64,000 nt of DNA. Source: Bacillota bacterium. GTDB taxonomy: Bacteria; Bacillota; Clostridia; Lachnospirales; Lachnospiraceae. The notes under the pieces are model-generated. The model made no database searches. It worked only from the letters and a program-made list of their open reading frames with translations, and was not told where the DNA came from. Positions 19,779-29,768 of this stretch are shown here, piece by piece (positions within the stretch are counted from its first letter, which is position 1; each line of letters begins with the position of its first letter). The stretch covers positions 49,045 to 113,044 of the forward strand of contig JAEXGM010000014.1 in NCBI GenBank assembly GCA_023450835.1. The letters run 5' to 3'. Position numbers and translations under genes: made by a program.

Positions 19779-21063
19779 CTAATCAAATTGAACTTTTTCA
19801 ATATTAAATTGTGAATTGATAATTAACCATAACTGCGGATTATAAAGAGTTATGTTCCAGATACCCGAACCGTGGAGGTTATATTTAATCACCAGATCTA
19901 ATAATGCATTTATAGTTCTTGCATCTATAAACCAGACAATATGCTGGGTATTATTATAATTATATATAAAATATGGCGTTTGAGACAGTGAATCAAATTC
20001 TATCGCTACATTATGAACACGAGCCAAATTAACAGCACTATCATAAGACAGAACATTAATATTTGATAATCCAGGCAGAAAGGGCAGCTCCCACTCATAG
20101 CCAATCGTAGGAATTCCTATAATTATTTTATCAGGCGGTATAAATGCATTGACATACTTCAAAAACTCATCTAAGTTATGAATTGAACTAATAGGAGCCG
20201 GCGGATTTATGTTAGTTGCCCATTGATAATTCATAAAAATAATATTTTGTGACAGCTGATTTATAATAGAATAATCTACTTTTTCAAAGCTGACGCTTTC
20301 ACCAACATTACTGATACTCGGGTCTATTGTTACAAATACTAAGTATCCCTCACTATTCAAACGCTCAGTAACCAGTGTGAAGAAGGAATTATATAAATTT
20401 ATATTCGTAATGTCCACATATTGAAAAGAAAGATTAACTCCTTTGTATCCTTTGCCCCTCAGGATGCTTAAGAGATTTTCTATATATTTGTTTTGAAAGG
20501 ATTGGTTTAGTAATAAATCATACTCAATGGTAATATTGGCTCCGCCGGTAATAGTTAATGTAGTTAATAACAGCAGCGGCATTACTCCATATGACTTTGT
20601 AATTTCAATAATTAGGGAATCATCATCATAAGAAATTATTTCTCCCTCTCTTGAAGCCGTGTAATTTAAAATTGATAGATACGTTAAATAAGGCAATGTT
20701 TTTCTTAGAATACCTTTATCAATTCTTGGAACTGTGTTGCCATGTATCGTTATATTTCCCTTTTTATTATAGCTTATCACTAATGTTTCTCCAGGAAATA
20801 GATATTTTCTATCCGAAAGAAACGGATTATTCATGAGCAATTGTATAATAGAAACATTAAATGATTCCGCTATGCTTAATAAACTATCCCCTTCTTTAAC
20901 GGTGTAAACGATATCCGGAATTGCTATAACTATCGATTGACCCACAACTAATCCATTTGTATTTTCCAGTCCATTGTCCTGTAATAACTTTATTATTGTT
21001 ATTCCATAATAATCTGCTATCGATTTTATTGTTTCGCCGGGTTGCACAACATGTATTACCATA
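19779..21063 (-). CDS. 2xLysM + GH18-like spore protein (YaaH/SleL-like)
   Basis: HVVQPGET and YTVKEGDSL LysM repeats, HIVWFIDAR and GSGIW C-terminal motifs. Likely start MVIHVVQ at 21063. Confidence 0.85.
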
Positions 21064-21308
21064 AAAACCTCAATTAGTAATTTATTAGAATATATGATTA
21101 ACAGTCTTGCAACATCCGCATTATTCTTAATTTGGCACCTAACAGCCCCATAAACTGCTGACAAAAATCATTTTCCAAATCGACCGGCAGGGATAACCTG
21201 CCGGCTGATTATCTGTCAATTGATAAATAATTACCTATACCCATGCTTTTATCTTTCAAAGCATTAGTGTATAATCTATGTATTTAATCAGATTAAGGAG
21301 TTTTACAT

Positions 21309-21644
21309 ATGGAAATTATAAAGTCACTATTCTTTTTTATATTAGCAGGAATTTTTGAAATTGGCGGCGGTTACCTTATTTGGCTGTGGCTGCGTGACGG
21401 AAAAAGCCTATGGTATGGTATCATAGGCGGAGCAGTATTAATTCTATACGGCATTGTTCCGACACTTCAGCCGCCAAATTCTAACTTCGGCAGAGTCTAT
21501 GCAACTTACGGAGGTATCTTTATCGCTTTATCCATCTTGTGGGGTTGGTATATTGATGGTATCCGTCCGGATAAGTTTGATTTAATCGGATGCTTTATTG
21601 CACTAATAGGTGTTAGTATTATTATGTTTGCACCCAGAGGTTAA
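21309..21644 (+). CDS. ynfA: YnfA/UPF0060 family small membrane protein
   Basis: [22 protein letters not shown] and PDKFD motifs; 4 TM helices. Confidence 0.9.
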   Translation: MEIIKSLFFFILAGIFEIGGGYLIWLWLRDGKSLWYGIIGGAVLILYGIVPTLQPPNSNFGRVYATYGGIFIALSILWGWYIDGIRPDKFDLIGCFIALIGVSIIMFAPRG

Positions 21645-21667
21645 TTTCTTATTTTAATTTTGGGTAC

Positions 21668-21701
21668 AAAAAACCACCAACTAATATTGATAGTTGGTGG
21701 T
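21668..21701. terminator. Intrinsic terminator between convergent genes
   Basis: ACCACCAACTA...TAGTTGGTGGT hairpin with an A-tract on the left. Confidence 0.7.
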
Positions 21702-21751
21702 ACAGATGCAATAAATTAATTTAAAGTATATGTCAGAATTGCTCTATTCTA

Positions 21752-22255
21752 CTAGGCTTTTCCACAGCAGAATTTGTATTTTTTGCCGCTGCCGCAAGGA
21801 CAGGGATCATTTCTTCCTACCTTTTTATCTTTCACAATTGTATTAGACTTTTTCTGCTCCAGATAAAGTTCTTTTCTTCTCTCCTGAGATAAGAGGCTGT
21901 CCCATACAGGAAGCTCATAGAGCCATTCCGCTTTTGCTTCAACCATATTACGGTATAGCTTTTCTTTATCAAATCCAAGATTTACTACTGTTGTCTCTTC
22001 CATTTCTTCGATGGGATTTTCTTTTACAAGGCTTTCATTGATACCATCTAAGAACCCTGTCATAAGAGAGATTGTAGTTCCATATTTTTCAGCAAGCTCA
22101 GCTACTGTTCCTTCTACCACTACTTCGGGCTCAGCAAGAATCTTCTCATAAATTCCCTGCTCCACACTAAAATAATTTCCCCAGAAAAGCTGTCCTTCTT
22201 TTTTGTTTGTGTCGAGTGCATATGCGAAATCTCTCCACTCTGTTAATAAACTCAT
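21752..22255 (-). CDS. SEC-C metal-binding domain protein
   Basis: C-terminal [21 protein letters not shown]. Confidence 0.9.
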   Translation of the reverse strand: MSLLTEWRDFAYALDTNKKEGQLFWGNYFSVEQGIYEKILAEPEVVVEGTVAELAEKYGTTISLMTGFLDGINESLVKENPIEEMEETTVVNLGFDKEKLYRNMVEAKAEWLYELPVWDSLLSQERRKELYLEQKKSNTIVKDKKVGRNDPCPCGSGKKYKFCCGKA

Positions 22256-22354
22256 TGTTTTACCTTCCTTTATTAAACTTTTGATTCTCTATAGATTTTT
22301 TACATAATCTTTTTTATTTATGTATAATCTTAGAAATACTGTATCATACTATAG

Positions 22355-22465
22355 TTAATCTAATTCCAATCCGAACTAGATTAAGGTACCATCAACTCGT
22401 TGGACCCCCCCTCCAGCAAGAGGATGTCCACCTTGTGCAGGTTTCTGCACAGCCAATACCAAAGA
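22355..22465. ncRNA. Candidate structured non-coding RNA (family not identified)
   Basis: GC-rich patch in an AT-rich intergenic region with three stems (TTAATCTA/TAGATTAA; TGGAC..CCTC/GAGG..GTCCA; TGTGCAG/CTGCACA), the last two enclosed by GGTA/TACC. Promoter-like sequence upstream and terminator downstream on the + strand. Confidence 0.45.
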
Positions 22466-22496
22466 AAAGTTAAATACTTATCCTCCCCTTTTTAAT

Positions 22497-22538
22497 GGAA
22501 CCCCTGTGGCAAAGGCGTCATGGGGGTTTCGTTTTTTC
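22497..22538 (+). terminator. Intrinsic terminator
   Basis: GGAACCCCTGTGGC...GTCATGGGGGTTTC hairpin (G-U pairs on the + strand) followed by a T-run. Confidence 0.65.
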
Positions 22539-22615
22539 TGAAGCCCTTATAAAATCTAGGCTTTCAGCGTTTTTACCCTTTTATGACACAAAGACTATTT
22601 TAGCATAAAAATAGT

Positions 22616-22636
22616 TTATACGCAACTTATACGCAA
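22616..22636. repeat. Tandem direct repeat TTATACGCAA x2 (integrase arm-type site-like)
   Basis: Exact 10-bp repeat with 11-bp period at the island edge. Confidence 0.55.
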
Positions 22637-22664
22637 GTTTTTATTTTTATAATTAATCAACAAA

Positions 22665-24200
22665 TTATTTATCCTCTATATAATTTAAAACATCAGTGCA
22701 CCATTCTTCTAACAAGTTACTAATTGCACAACCAAAAATTTCCGTGTGCATATGGTAATGTTTATCTAACTGTAATTGAGATTCCTTTTGTTCTTTTAAT
22801 AATTTTTTTATTTGCTCTTTATTATTACTCTGATTAAACATTTTCTTGCTTACTGCTTTGAAACATATATTTAGAAAATAATAAAGATATGCCAAGTTGA
22901 TAACGAGATACCTGTCCAACCTGTACACATTATCATCATTCCTCATTCTCATGTATTCTTCTGTATCTAACACTAGATTATTCAAATCCAAATCATACAT
23001 TTGGAAGCCTAAACTCTTTCCATTATATATATAACAAGTTGCTCCATGATGTACTACATTATCTCTGATATTCTTAATTGATTGAAACCAATTACTTGAT
23101 AATATATATTTATCAAAGTCTATATTATTCTTCATCACATCACTAAAATATGCAAACTTACCTTCTAGTTTAGCACCTTCTGTCTCCGGAAAAATCGCCT
23201 TAATTAATTCAACAGTATAATCAATAATTGAACGATATTTTATATATATAAACTCTACATCTATACCTTGATATATCTTTTTACGTTCTTTTAAGAATAT
23301 GTTTTCTGATTCTTTTTTTTCCAAATCTTCAACATAGAATATATTTTCTATAGTATAAAAAATTTTTTTTAGATCTTGTCTTATACTTTTTAGAATGTTT
23401 TTTACATTTTTTCTTTGTGCTGTTAATTCGATATATTGATTAATTTCTATAAATATGTTACTTAATGATTCTATTCCAATTTGACTCTTAAACCATTTTA
23501 AGATATATTCGTCATTTTTATAGACTATATTTGCCACCCTCATTTCATTTGCATTTTTATAATTTCTTGTTATATCTTCAACTAATTTTTTATAACCCCT
23601 ATTAATCAAAATTTCATGTTCACTAATTATATCTTCAGAAAGAAATGGGGTAAAAATACTGCTACCTTCGAGTGTACTGAATCCTATACAATTTGAAATA
23701 TTATAAAAAATCAAATCCATACTCAATAAATTTATAGCTATTTCCATATAGCATTGATTCTCATATTCAAATATATTTTCCATCGGTTGGCTATAGATAG
23801 ATTTTATATCAACCACTACCTTTTTTTTAACAACTTTTTCATTCAGCTTCTTTTCAAAAAAACTATTATCAATTTGACTCATGCACATAGATATTATATT
23901 TCTAAGAATATCTTCTACTTCTATCTGTAACTTAAATTGAATAGCAACATTTAATCTATCGTAGATAAATAAATATCGCATAAACCAATCATCAGTCAAT
24001 AATAAAAGACTAATAATTCTTTCATTGGGATAGTATCTGCAAGTACATTCAAATTGTCTGCTGTATTTTCTATTAGTAAACACCCATTTTTTATTAATTA
24101 TATCACATTCATCTAATTCACATAACTCAAAAGAACAACATTCTTTAAGGACTTTGTATATATTTCTAATTAAGTCATTAGATAATTCATTTGGTTGCAA
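22665..24200 (-). CDS. Hypothetical protein with C-terminal HEPN-like RxxxxH motif
   Basis: KNIRDNVVHHG within a helical C-terminal region; TTG start with AAGGAG RBS; adjacent to the R-M genes. Confidence 0.6.
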   Translation of the reverse strand: MQPNELSNDLIRNIYKVLKECCSFELCELDECDIINKKWVFTNRKYSRQFECTCRYYPNERIISLLLLTDDWFMRYLFIYDRLNVAIQFKLQIEVEDILRNIISMCMSQIDNSFFEKKLNEKVVKKKVVVDIKSIYSQPMENIFEYENQCYMEIAINLLSMDLIFYNISNCIGFSTLEGSSIFTPFLSEDIISEHEILINRGYKKLVEDITRNYKNANEMRVANIVYKNDEYILKWFKSQIGIESLSNIFIEINQYIELTAQRKNVKNILKSIRQDLKKIFYTIENIFYVEDLEKKESENIFLKERKKIYQGIDVEFIYIKYRSIIDYTVELIKAIFPETEGAKLEGKFAYFSDVMKNNIDFDKYILSSNWFQSIKNIRDNVVHHGATCYIYNGKSLGFQMYDLDLNNLVLDTEEYMRMRNDDNVYRLDRYLVINLAYLYYFLNICFKAVSKKMFNQSNNKEQIKKLLKEQKESQLQLDKHYHMHTEIFGCAISNLLEEWCTDVLNYIEDK

Positions 24201-24424
24201 GTTTTCTTCTCCTTTTCTAATTACGAGTATTATAGTATATAAAATTTTATATTTACTATCTAGGATCTCTTTGCTATCTTTCTTTATTAATATTTAATGG
24301 AATAAACTGTTAACTGATATTACAAATTTAATTCTTTAAAGAATTTATCATTGATAAAACATCAGTTCTGTAGTAAAATGTTATTGGATTTATATATATA
24401 ACAAACAAACTGGGAGGTGCAAAG

Positions 24425-25273
24425 ATGAATCCAGTATTGAAGTATAGAGGTGGTAAATCTCGTGAAATTCCCAGATTCCTTCAATATATACCTGATGACT
24501 TTGATAGGTATATAGAACCCTTTTTAGGTGGTGGAGCTGTATATTTTTACTTAGAACCTGATAATGCAATTCTTAATGACGTTAATAGTAGGTTAATTAG
24601 TTTCTATTCAGAATTACGTGATAGTTATCCTCAAATGCGTTTTCAACTTGATCAGATACAAGCTATATATGAGGCAAATCAAGCAGAATTTAAAAGACAT
24701 AAACTACTTAATCCTGATGAGATTGTTCCCAATGCTAACGAAGATTTATATTATCAAATGAGAGCATTATATAATAATCCTGATGGTACATATATGGATG
24801 GTGTCCTTTACTTTTTTATCAATAAAACAGCATATTCTGGAATGATACGCTATAACAATAGTGGTGACTATAATGTGCCTTTTGGTCGCTATCCTAATTT
24901 AAACACCCGTTTAATAACGCAGCAACACTGTGATTTACTTCAAGGTGCGGATCTTTTTAATGTAGATTATAGCAATATATTTAATTTGGCACAAGAAAAT
25001 GACTTCATATTTCTTGATCCTCCGTACGACTGCGTATTTAATGACTATGGAAATATTGATATGATGAATGGTTTTGACGAAGAACAGCACCGAAGATTAG
25101 CGGCTGATTTTCGCAATTTACCTTGTAGAGCCTTAATGATTATTGGAAAAACTCCTTTAACAGAAGAACTATATGGACAGTTTGTAATAGATGAGTACTA
25201 TAAAAACTATTCTGTTAATATAAGAAATCGATTTAACAATGATAAAATGCATATTGTCGTTCGTAATTATTAA
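24425..25273 (+). CDS. N6-adenine DNA methyltransferase (Dam/D12 class), partner of the adjacent endonuclease
   Basis: LKYRGGKS, YIEPFLGGGAV (motif I), FLDPPY (motif IV). Confidence 0.93.
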   Translation: MNPVLKYRGGKSREIPRFLQYIPDDFDRYIEPFLGGGAVYFYLEPDNAILNDVNSRLISFYSELRDSYPQMRFQLDQIQAIYEANQAEFKRHKLLNPDEIVPNANEDLYYQMRALYNNPDGTYMDGVLYFFINKTAYSGMIRYNNSGDYNVPFGRYPNLNTRLITQQHCDLLQGADLFNVDYSNIFNLAQENDFIFLDPPYDCVFNDYGNIDMMNGFDEEQHRRLAADFRNLPCRALMIIGKTPLTEELYGQFVIDEYYKNYSVNIRNRFNNDKMHIVVRNY

Positions 25274-25301
25274 AAAACAGCAAGCCAAAGCTTGCTGTCT
25301 T

Positions 25302-26990
25302 TTACGCTACAGGCCAATCACATATGCAAGTATTAATTAACTCCATCCACTCAATTTCATTCTGAGAAGTTTCTGTCATTATCACTACTTGATCTAAAAA
25401 TGTTTTAACATGAGATGATGAGGGCTGTCCATTATAAATATATGAATTCTCAACTAGTCTCATAAATTGATCAAGTTCTAATGGAATTATTTTTGCTTTC
25501 CCTCCATAATATGAAATATCTATTTTATTTAAAGTAAAAAAATGTGCCAATGTAGCTGAATTTATTGTCGGTGCTATAAATAAACAATACGTTTCTTTTG
25601 CTACTCGTTTCTTCAACTGCCCATAATGTCGTGCCACTGGTTCTCCTTCAGCCTCATATTGACGTTGTCCAGATTGCAAAGTGACTTCAACTGAAAGCGC
25701 AAAATCCTCATAATCACATTCTATATCAGGCATATTTCCTAATGCAGTCGATAATGGTTGACCCATATCGTCAAGTTTAAAATTACCTTTTATATTACCA
25801 CCATTAAGCATTGTCATTGCTCGCCAAGTATTCCATTCAAGCATCAAAGGAGCATCATATAATTCATCTGATATTATCTCATTATATGTATCTATTATTT
25901 CCGAATAAAGTGCATATGATTTTAATTGTATGACTTGATCATGTAGTATAGTTTCTTTTCTCTCATGAATTATATCATCTCGTAAATCCTTCAATTCCCC
26001 TATAGTCAACTTTAATAAGTTACTTTTTGTATGTGAACTAATTCTCATAATAGTATCAATTAAATTATCTTTATTATCACCATACAATAGCGGTATTTTT
26101 GCATTAAATAAAATCCTCTTGTATTCAGCTAAGTCATCAACAAATTGCGGTGTTCTATCAACAGATTGAAGTATAAAATCCACTTCATTAATCTTGTCCT
26201 CAAAAAATGATATTGACCGCCCTTTATGTGAAATAGATACTAATCCTGTATATCTTAAATATCTAAAACATGCATCTGCATAATCACGAAGATTACTACG
26301 TTTTGTAGTTATAAATTTCTTTAGACTGCTATCCTTTGATTGGCGTGTCCTGGTATCACCGGACATAATTGTGTCATAATATATTTCTTCAACAGCCTTT
26401 GTCCATACTTCGTAAACAAATTTTTTATATTCACCTTTATGTTGTTCCTTTTGTTGTCTAAAATTAATAATTTTAGCTTTAATAGCCTCAAATTGGCGGT
26501 AATCTGTAAGTTGTACAGCAAATATTTTCACCTCATCAAATGTCAAGTAAGAAAGTTCACGAATTAAACGTATAATTTCTAAATAAGGTTTAATAAAAAA
26601 ACTTCCCTTTATATTATCTTTCTCCACATGATACGGTGATGGCAACTGAAACTTCAATAATTGTCTTAAAAAAACTTCTTGAGGACGTCTCCCCTTTACA
26701 AACTCCTCACCAGCATCTGTAAGCTTAATTCTAGGGTAAAGATCAACAAAGCCTAATGCTTTGGGCGCTCTATTAATCCTATCTCTTGCACTAAATGCTT
26801 TATCTTTAGGAGACCCTTCTCCTTCAAAAAAATTTGATTGTGCAAGTGCTTCTATAAATGCAGATTGTGAATGTGGATCCCACTTTTCTCCTGATAAATT
26901 ATTGCAAAGCAATTCAATTTCAGGAATCATCTTTGCTGGCGTTCGAGGAGATGTGGTAAAAAATAATACACGATTTGATAACCTCGCCAT
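25302..26990 (-). CDS. AlwI-family type IIS restriction endonuclease (MlyI/PleI-like)
   Basis: TTSPRTP, SARDRINRAPKALGFV, QLLKFQLPSP, and catalytic PDIE...VEVT...EGEPVARH. Likely start MARLSNR at 26990. Confidence 0.88.
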   Translation of the reverse strand: MARLSNRVLFFTTSPRTPAKMIPEIELLCNNLSGEKWDPHSQSAFIEALAQSNFFEGEGSPKDKAFSARDRINRAPKALGFVDLYPRIKLTDAGEEFVKGRRPQEVFLRQLLKFQLPSPYHVEKDNIKGSFFIKPYLEIIRLIRELSYLTFDEVKIFAVQLTDYRQFEAIKAKIINFRQQKEQHKGEYKKFVYEVWTKAVEEIYYDTIMSGDTRTRQSKDSSLKKFITTKRSNLRDYADACFRYLRYTGLVSISHKGRSISFFEDKINEVDFILQSVDRTPQFVDDLAEYKRILFNAKIPLLYGDNKDNLIDTIMRISSHTKSNLLKLTIGELKDLRDDIIHERKETILHDQVIQLKSYALYSEIIDTYNEIISDELYDAPLMLEWNTWRAMTMLNGGNIKGNFKLDDMGQPLSTALGNMPDIECDYEDFALSVEVTLQSGQRQYEAEGEPVARHYGQLKKRVAKETYCLFIAPTINSATLAHFFTLNKIDISYYGGKAKIIPLELDQFMRLVENSYIYNGQPSSSHVKTFLDQVVIMTETSQNEIEWMELINTCICDWPVA

Positions 26991-27171
26991 ACTTTCCCCC
27001 TGTAGTAACAATATATAAAACTGTAATTATTGTACCACAGTGTACATATTTGTTCTATAATAAAATCAAATTATTATGTGCTATTTTATCCAATATACTG
27101 GGTTTAATAAGAGGCATCCTGCTACAGATTAAAAGCAGCTACCCTAATCAGAGTAACTGCCCTCCATATCA

Positions 27172-28323
27172 CTAAAATAAGTTTGCTATTTTCTTCATTT
27201 CCTCAACCTTAAAATCATCCTCTGTATGTACATATAAGTCCATCGTCTGGGAAATCTTACTATGTCCTAATATTTTCTGTAATACTTTAGGTTCCATACC
27301 TTTTTCAATACACCTTGTCGCGAAAGTGTGCCTCCATGTATGTGGAGTTATATGTTCAAATTCATTGCCAGCCCTCTGTATTCTTTCTATAATAAGATTT
27401 ACCTGAACTTTTAACCTGTCCCTATTCATTGGATAGCCTGTATCGCTTGGAAATACAAGGTTCTCCATATCTTCTTTCTCTTTCCACAACTCTCCCAGTA
27501 ACATTCTTCTTTCCAACTGCTCCTTTTTATGCTTTTTTAAAACATCATAAACAATATCTACCATGGGAATTTTCCTAATGCTGGACTTTGTTTTCGTTGT
27601 ACCTAAAATATAGTCTTTATTCAGATACAATAAACTTTTATTTACAGTTATCCATCTTTTGTCAAAGTCAATCTTATCCCAGGTAAGCCCTCGCAACTCA
27701 CCAGAACGCATACCACTATATAATGCAACTATTATTAGGGGGTACATCCAGGATTCTTTCGCATACTCCAAAAAAAGCTTCTGCTCCTCTTTTGACATGA
27801 CACGCATTTCTTTTTCTTCCTCCTTTTTAAATTCAGGACTTGCCATTTTTACTGGATTGTCCGTTATGCGCTTATTCAAATATGCTCTCTTGAACATACC
27901 TGACAGAACAGTTGATACGATATCAATAGTTGAATTTGAATAATCCTTTCTTTTTAAGTCATTATATATTTTCTGTATATGCTCTCCCTGAACTGCCTGT
28001 AATTGCATTTTCCCAATAGCCTTCTTAATATACAAACGATATGCATCCGAGTAAACCAGCTTACTGCCCTCTTTCACTTGTAATTCCTTATACTCCTTTA
28101 GCCAGATTTCAAACCATGAATCAACTGTTATATTTTCTCTTCTGGTATATAGTCCATGCCTTATTTCATATTTCATGTCCTCTAACTTTTTACAGCATTT
28201 TTTCAAATCTTTATCATAGACCTCATACTTTTCACCCAAGTATTGAAATCTCCCTAAATAATATCCATTATCATGTAACCATATCCCCTTCGGTAACTTT
28301 TTCCCATTTTTATCCACTGCCAT
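27172..28323 (-). CDS. int: Tyrosine integrase with N-terminal arm-binding domain
   Basis: Catalytic SGMRSGE, HTWRH, LGH and DLY; N-terminal DKNGKKLPKG. Start ATG 28323 after an AGGAGGT RBS. Confidence 0.95.
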   Translation of the reverse strand: MAVDKNGKKLPKGIWLHDNGYYLGRFQYLGEKYEVYDKDLKKCCKKLEDMKYEIRHGLYTRRENITVDSWFEIWLKEYKELQVKEGSKLVYSDAYRLYIKKAIGKMQLQAVQGEHIQKIYNDLKRKDYSNSTIDIVSTVLSGMFKRAYLNKRITDNPVKMASPEFKKEEEKEMRVMSKEEQKLFLEYAKESWMYPLIIVALYSGMRSGELRGLTWDKIDFDKRWITVNKSLLYLNKDYILGTTKTKSSIRKIPMVDIVYDVLKKHKKEQLERRMLLGELWKEKEDMENLVFPSDTGYPMNRDRLKVQVNLIIERIQRAGNEFEHITPHTWRHTFATRCIEKGMEPKVLQKILGHSKISQTMDLYVHTEDDFKVEEMKKIANLF

Positions 28324-28425
28324 ACAATTAACCTCCTTCGTATTAAACCTTTTATTTTGGTATTTGGTATTTTCCCTGTTGGGTGGGAGATTATAACGCT
28401 CCCTCCGCCCAGTTTGCAAGGGAAA

Positions 28426-28629
28426 TTATGCAGCTATATTGTATAAATATTCTTGTATCTTCTGTAAATTCCACACAATACGTTTGCCTATTACGATTCT
28501 AGCACCAGCAGAATTTCCAATCTCTACTGCAGACTTTCTACCAAGAGAAAGTATCTGCTGCAATTCTTCTGTATCTACCGTTAACTTACGAGTTAAATCT
28601 ATTTCATAACTTTTAGTCGTTGCATTCAT
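28426..28629 (-). CDS. Excisionase-like small DNA-binding protein
   Basis: 67 aa, wHTH-like (EELQQILSLGRKSA...IGKRIVWN), immediately upstream of int. Confidence 0.7.
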   Translation of the reverse strand: MNATTKSYEIDLTRKLTVDTEELQQILSLGRKSAVEIGNSAGARIVIGKRIVWNLQKIQEYLYNIAA

Positions 28630-28652
28630 AATAATGTCCCTCCTGTCATATT

Positions 28653-28886
28653 TTAAAATGGTACGTTAGTTTCAATCATAATCATGTCAATTACTTCATA
28701 TTCTGGATCATTAGCTATTCTCACTACTTCTTCTGTAAAATACTTAACCCATTTAATTTGTTCTTTCTGGTTTATGATTCGAACCATCGTACTAAAGACT
28801 TGAAATTTACCACTAATTCTAGGTGCTGTAAAAGCAATTCCATAAACATCGTTTGCTATTTTAGTAATTTCAATGTTATTCTCCAT
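28653..28886 (-). CDS. Hypothetical protein
   Basis: ORF with AGGAGG RBS in the int operon. Confidence 0.6.
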   Translation of the reverse strand: MENNIEITKIANDVYGIAFTAPRISGKFQVFSTMVRIINQKEQIKWVKYFTEEVVRIANDPEYEVIDMIMIETNVPF

Positions 28887-28898
28887 ATATATATCCTC

Positions 28899-29768
28899 CT
28901 ATAATTCACATGTTTTTAAGTTAATAAAGTATCTTGCTACATCTGGCAGTTCATAGTTGATCCAGATCCATTCTTCTCCAATGTCTTTAACCTCTGTATT
29001 TTGGCATGACTTCACTAAATCTGCCAGTTTGTAATGTTTCCAGCCATAAGGTAATAAATATTCATCGTATAAATCATTGCCGTCCTCTGACCGGTAACCG
29101 CATAACATAATTCTGCACTTAGCATCTCTAATTGTAGTAAGTAGTCTAATCTGCTCATTGTAAGGCAACTCACACTTATAGGCCTTATTTGCTCCCTTTC
29201 CTCTTAACTCATGCCGGTAGGGAGGGTCAAGGAAAGCAAATGCTGTTGCATTTGACTTGATTTTTTCCATTAAGTCAATTCCATTCATATTTAGAATCCG
29301 TACATTTTGAAGTCTCTCATAAACTAATGGCAGATGAAAACTGTTGCTATCATGATACTTTCTTTTTGTACCTCCCCTACTAAAATGTGTCCGGGTTGCA
29401 TTAAAGGATTGTGTTATTAAAATGAATATTAATTCAGCCTTTCTGTATTTATCCTGGACGTATCGATACCGGTTGTCAGCTGCTCTCCTTGCCCTGATAA
29501 ACTCTGTCTCACTGTATTCCACTTGAAGCAGACGTTCTAACAGTATTTTACCTTTTTCCTTGTCTGCCATAAGTTGAAAAAGGAAAACAATGTCAGGGTC
29601 TAAGTCATTAATGACCTCCAGGTCATTTCTCCATTTGTTTAATGTTACAGCAGCCGAACCCATAAAGGGTTCGTAGAAAGCTGTAATATTATAGGGTAAC
29701 AATGCCAGGATGATATGTACCACCCTAAATTTTCCACCGTACCAGTTGTAGAATTTAATCATCTCCAT
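28899..29768 (-). CDS. Orphan N6-adenine DNA methyltransferase (Dam/D12 class)
   Basis: WYGGK, FYEPFMGSAAV, VINDLD and FLDPPY motifs. Likely start MEMIKF at 29768 after GAGGAGG. Confidence 0.9.
   Translation of the reverse strand: MEMIKFYNWYGGKFRVVHIILALLPYNITAFYEPFMGSAAVTLNKWRNDLEVINDLDPDIVFLFQLMADKEKGKILLERLLQVEYSETEFIRARRAADNRYRYVQDKYRKAELIFILITQSFNATRTHFSRGGTKRKYHDSNSFHLPLVYERLQNVRILNMNGIDLMEKIKSNATAFAFLDPPYRHELRGKGANKAYKCELPYNEQIRLLTTIRDAKCRIMLCGYRSEDGNDLYDEYLLPYGWKHYKLADLVKSCQNTEVKDIGEEWIWINYELPDVARYFINLKTCEL

Noticed and set aside
22385..22461. tRNA at the integration site (sequence ends in ACCA)
   Set aside because: No TTC T-loop, D-arm or 7-bp acceptor stem.
22381..22464. Stop-free reading frames across the structured region (e.g. 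LWYWLCRNLHKVDILLLEGGSNELMVP on the minus strand)
   Set aside because: No convincing start codon or RBS; better explained as a by-product of a GC-rich structured sequence.
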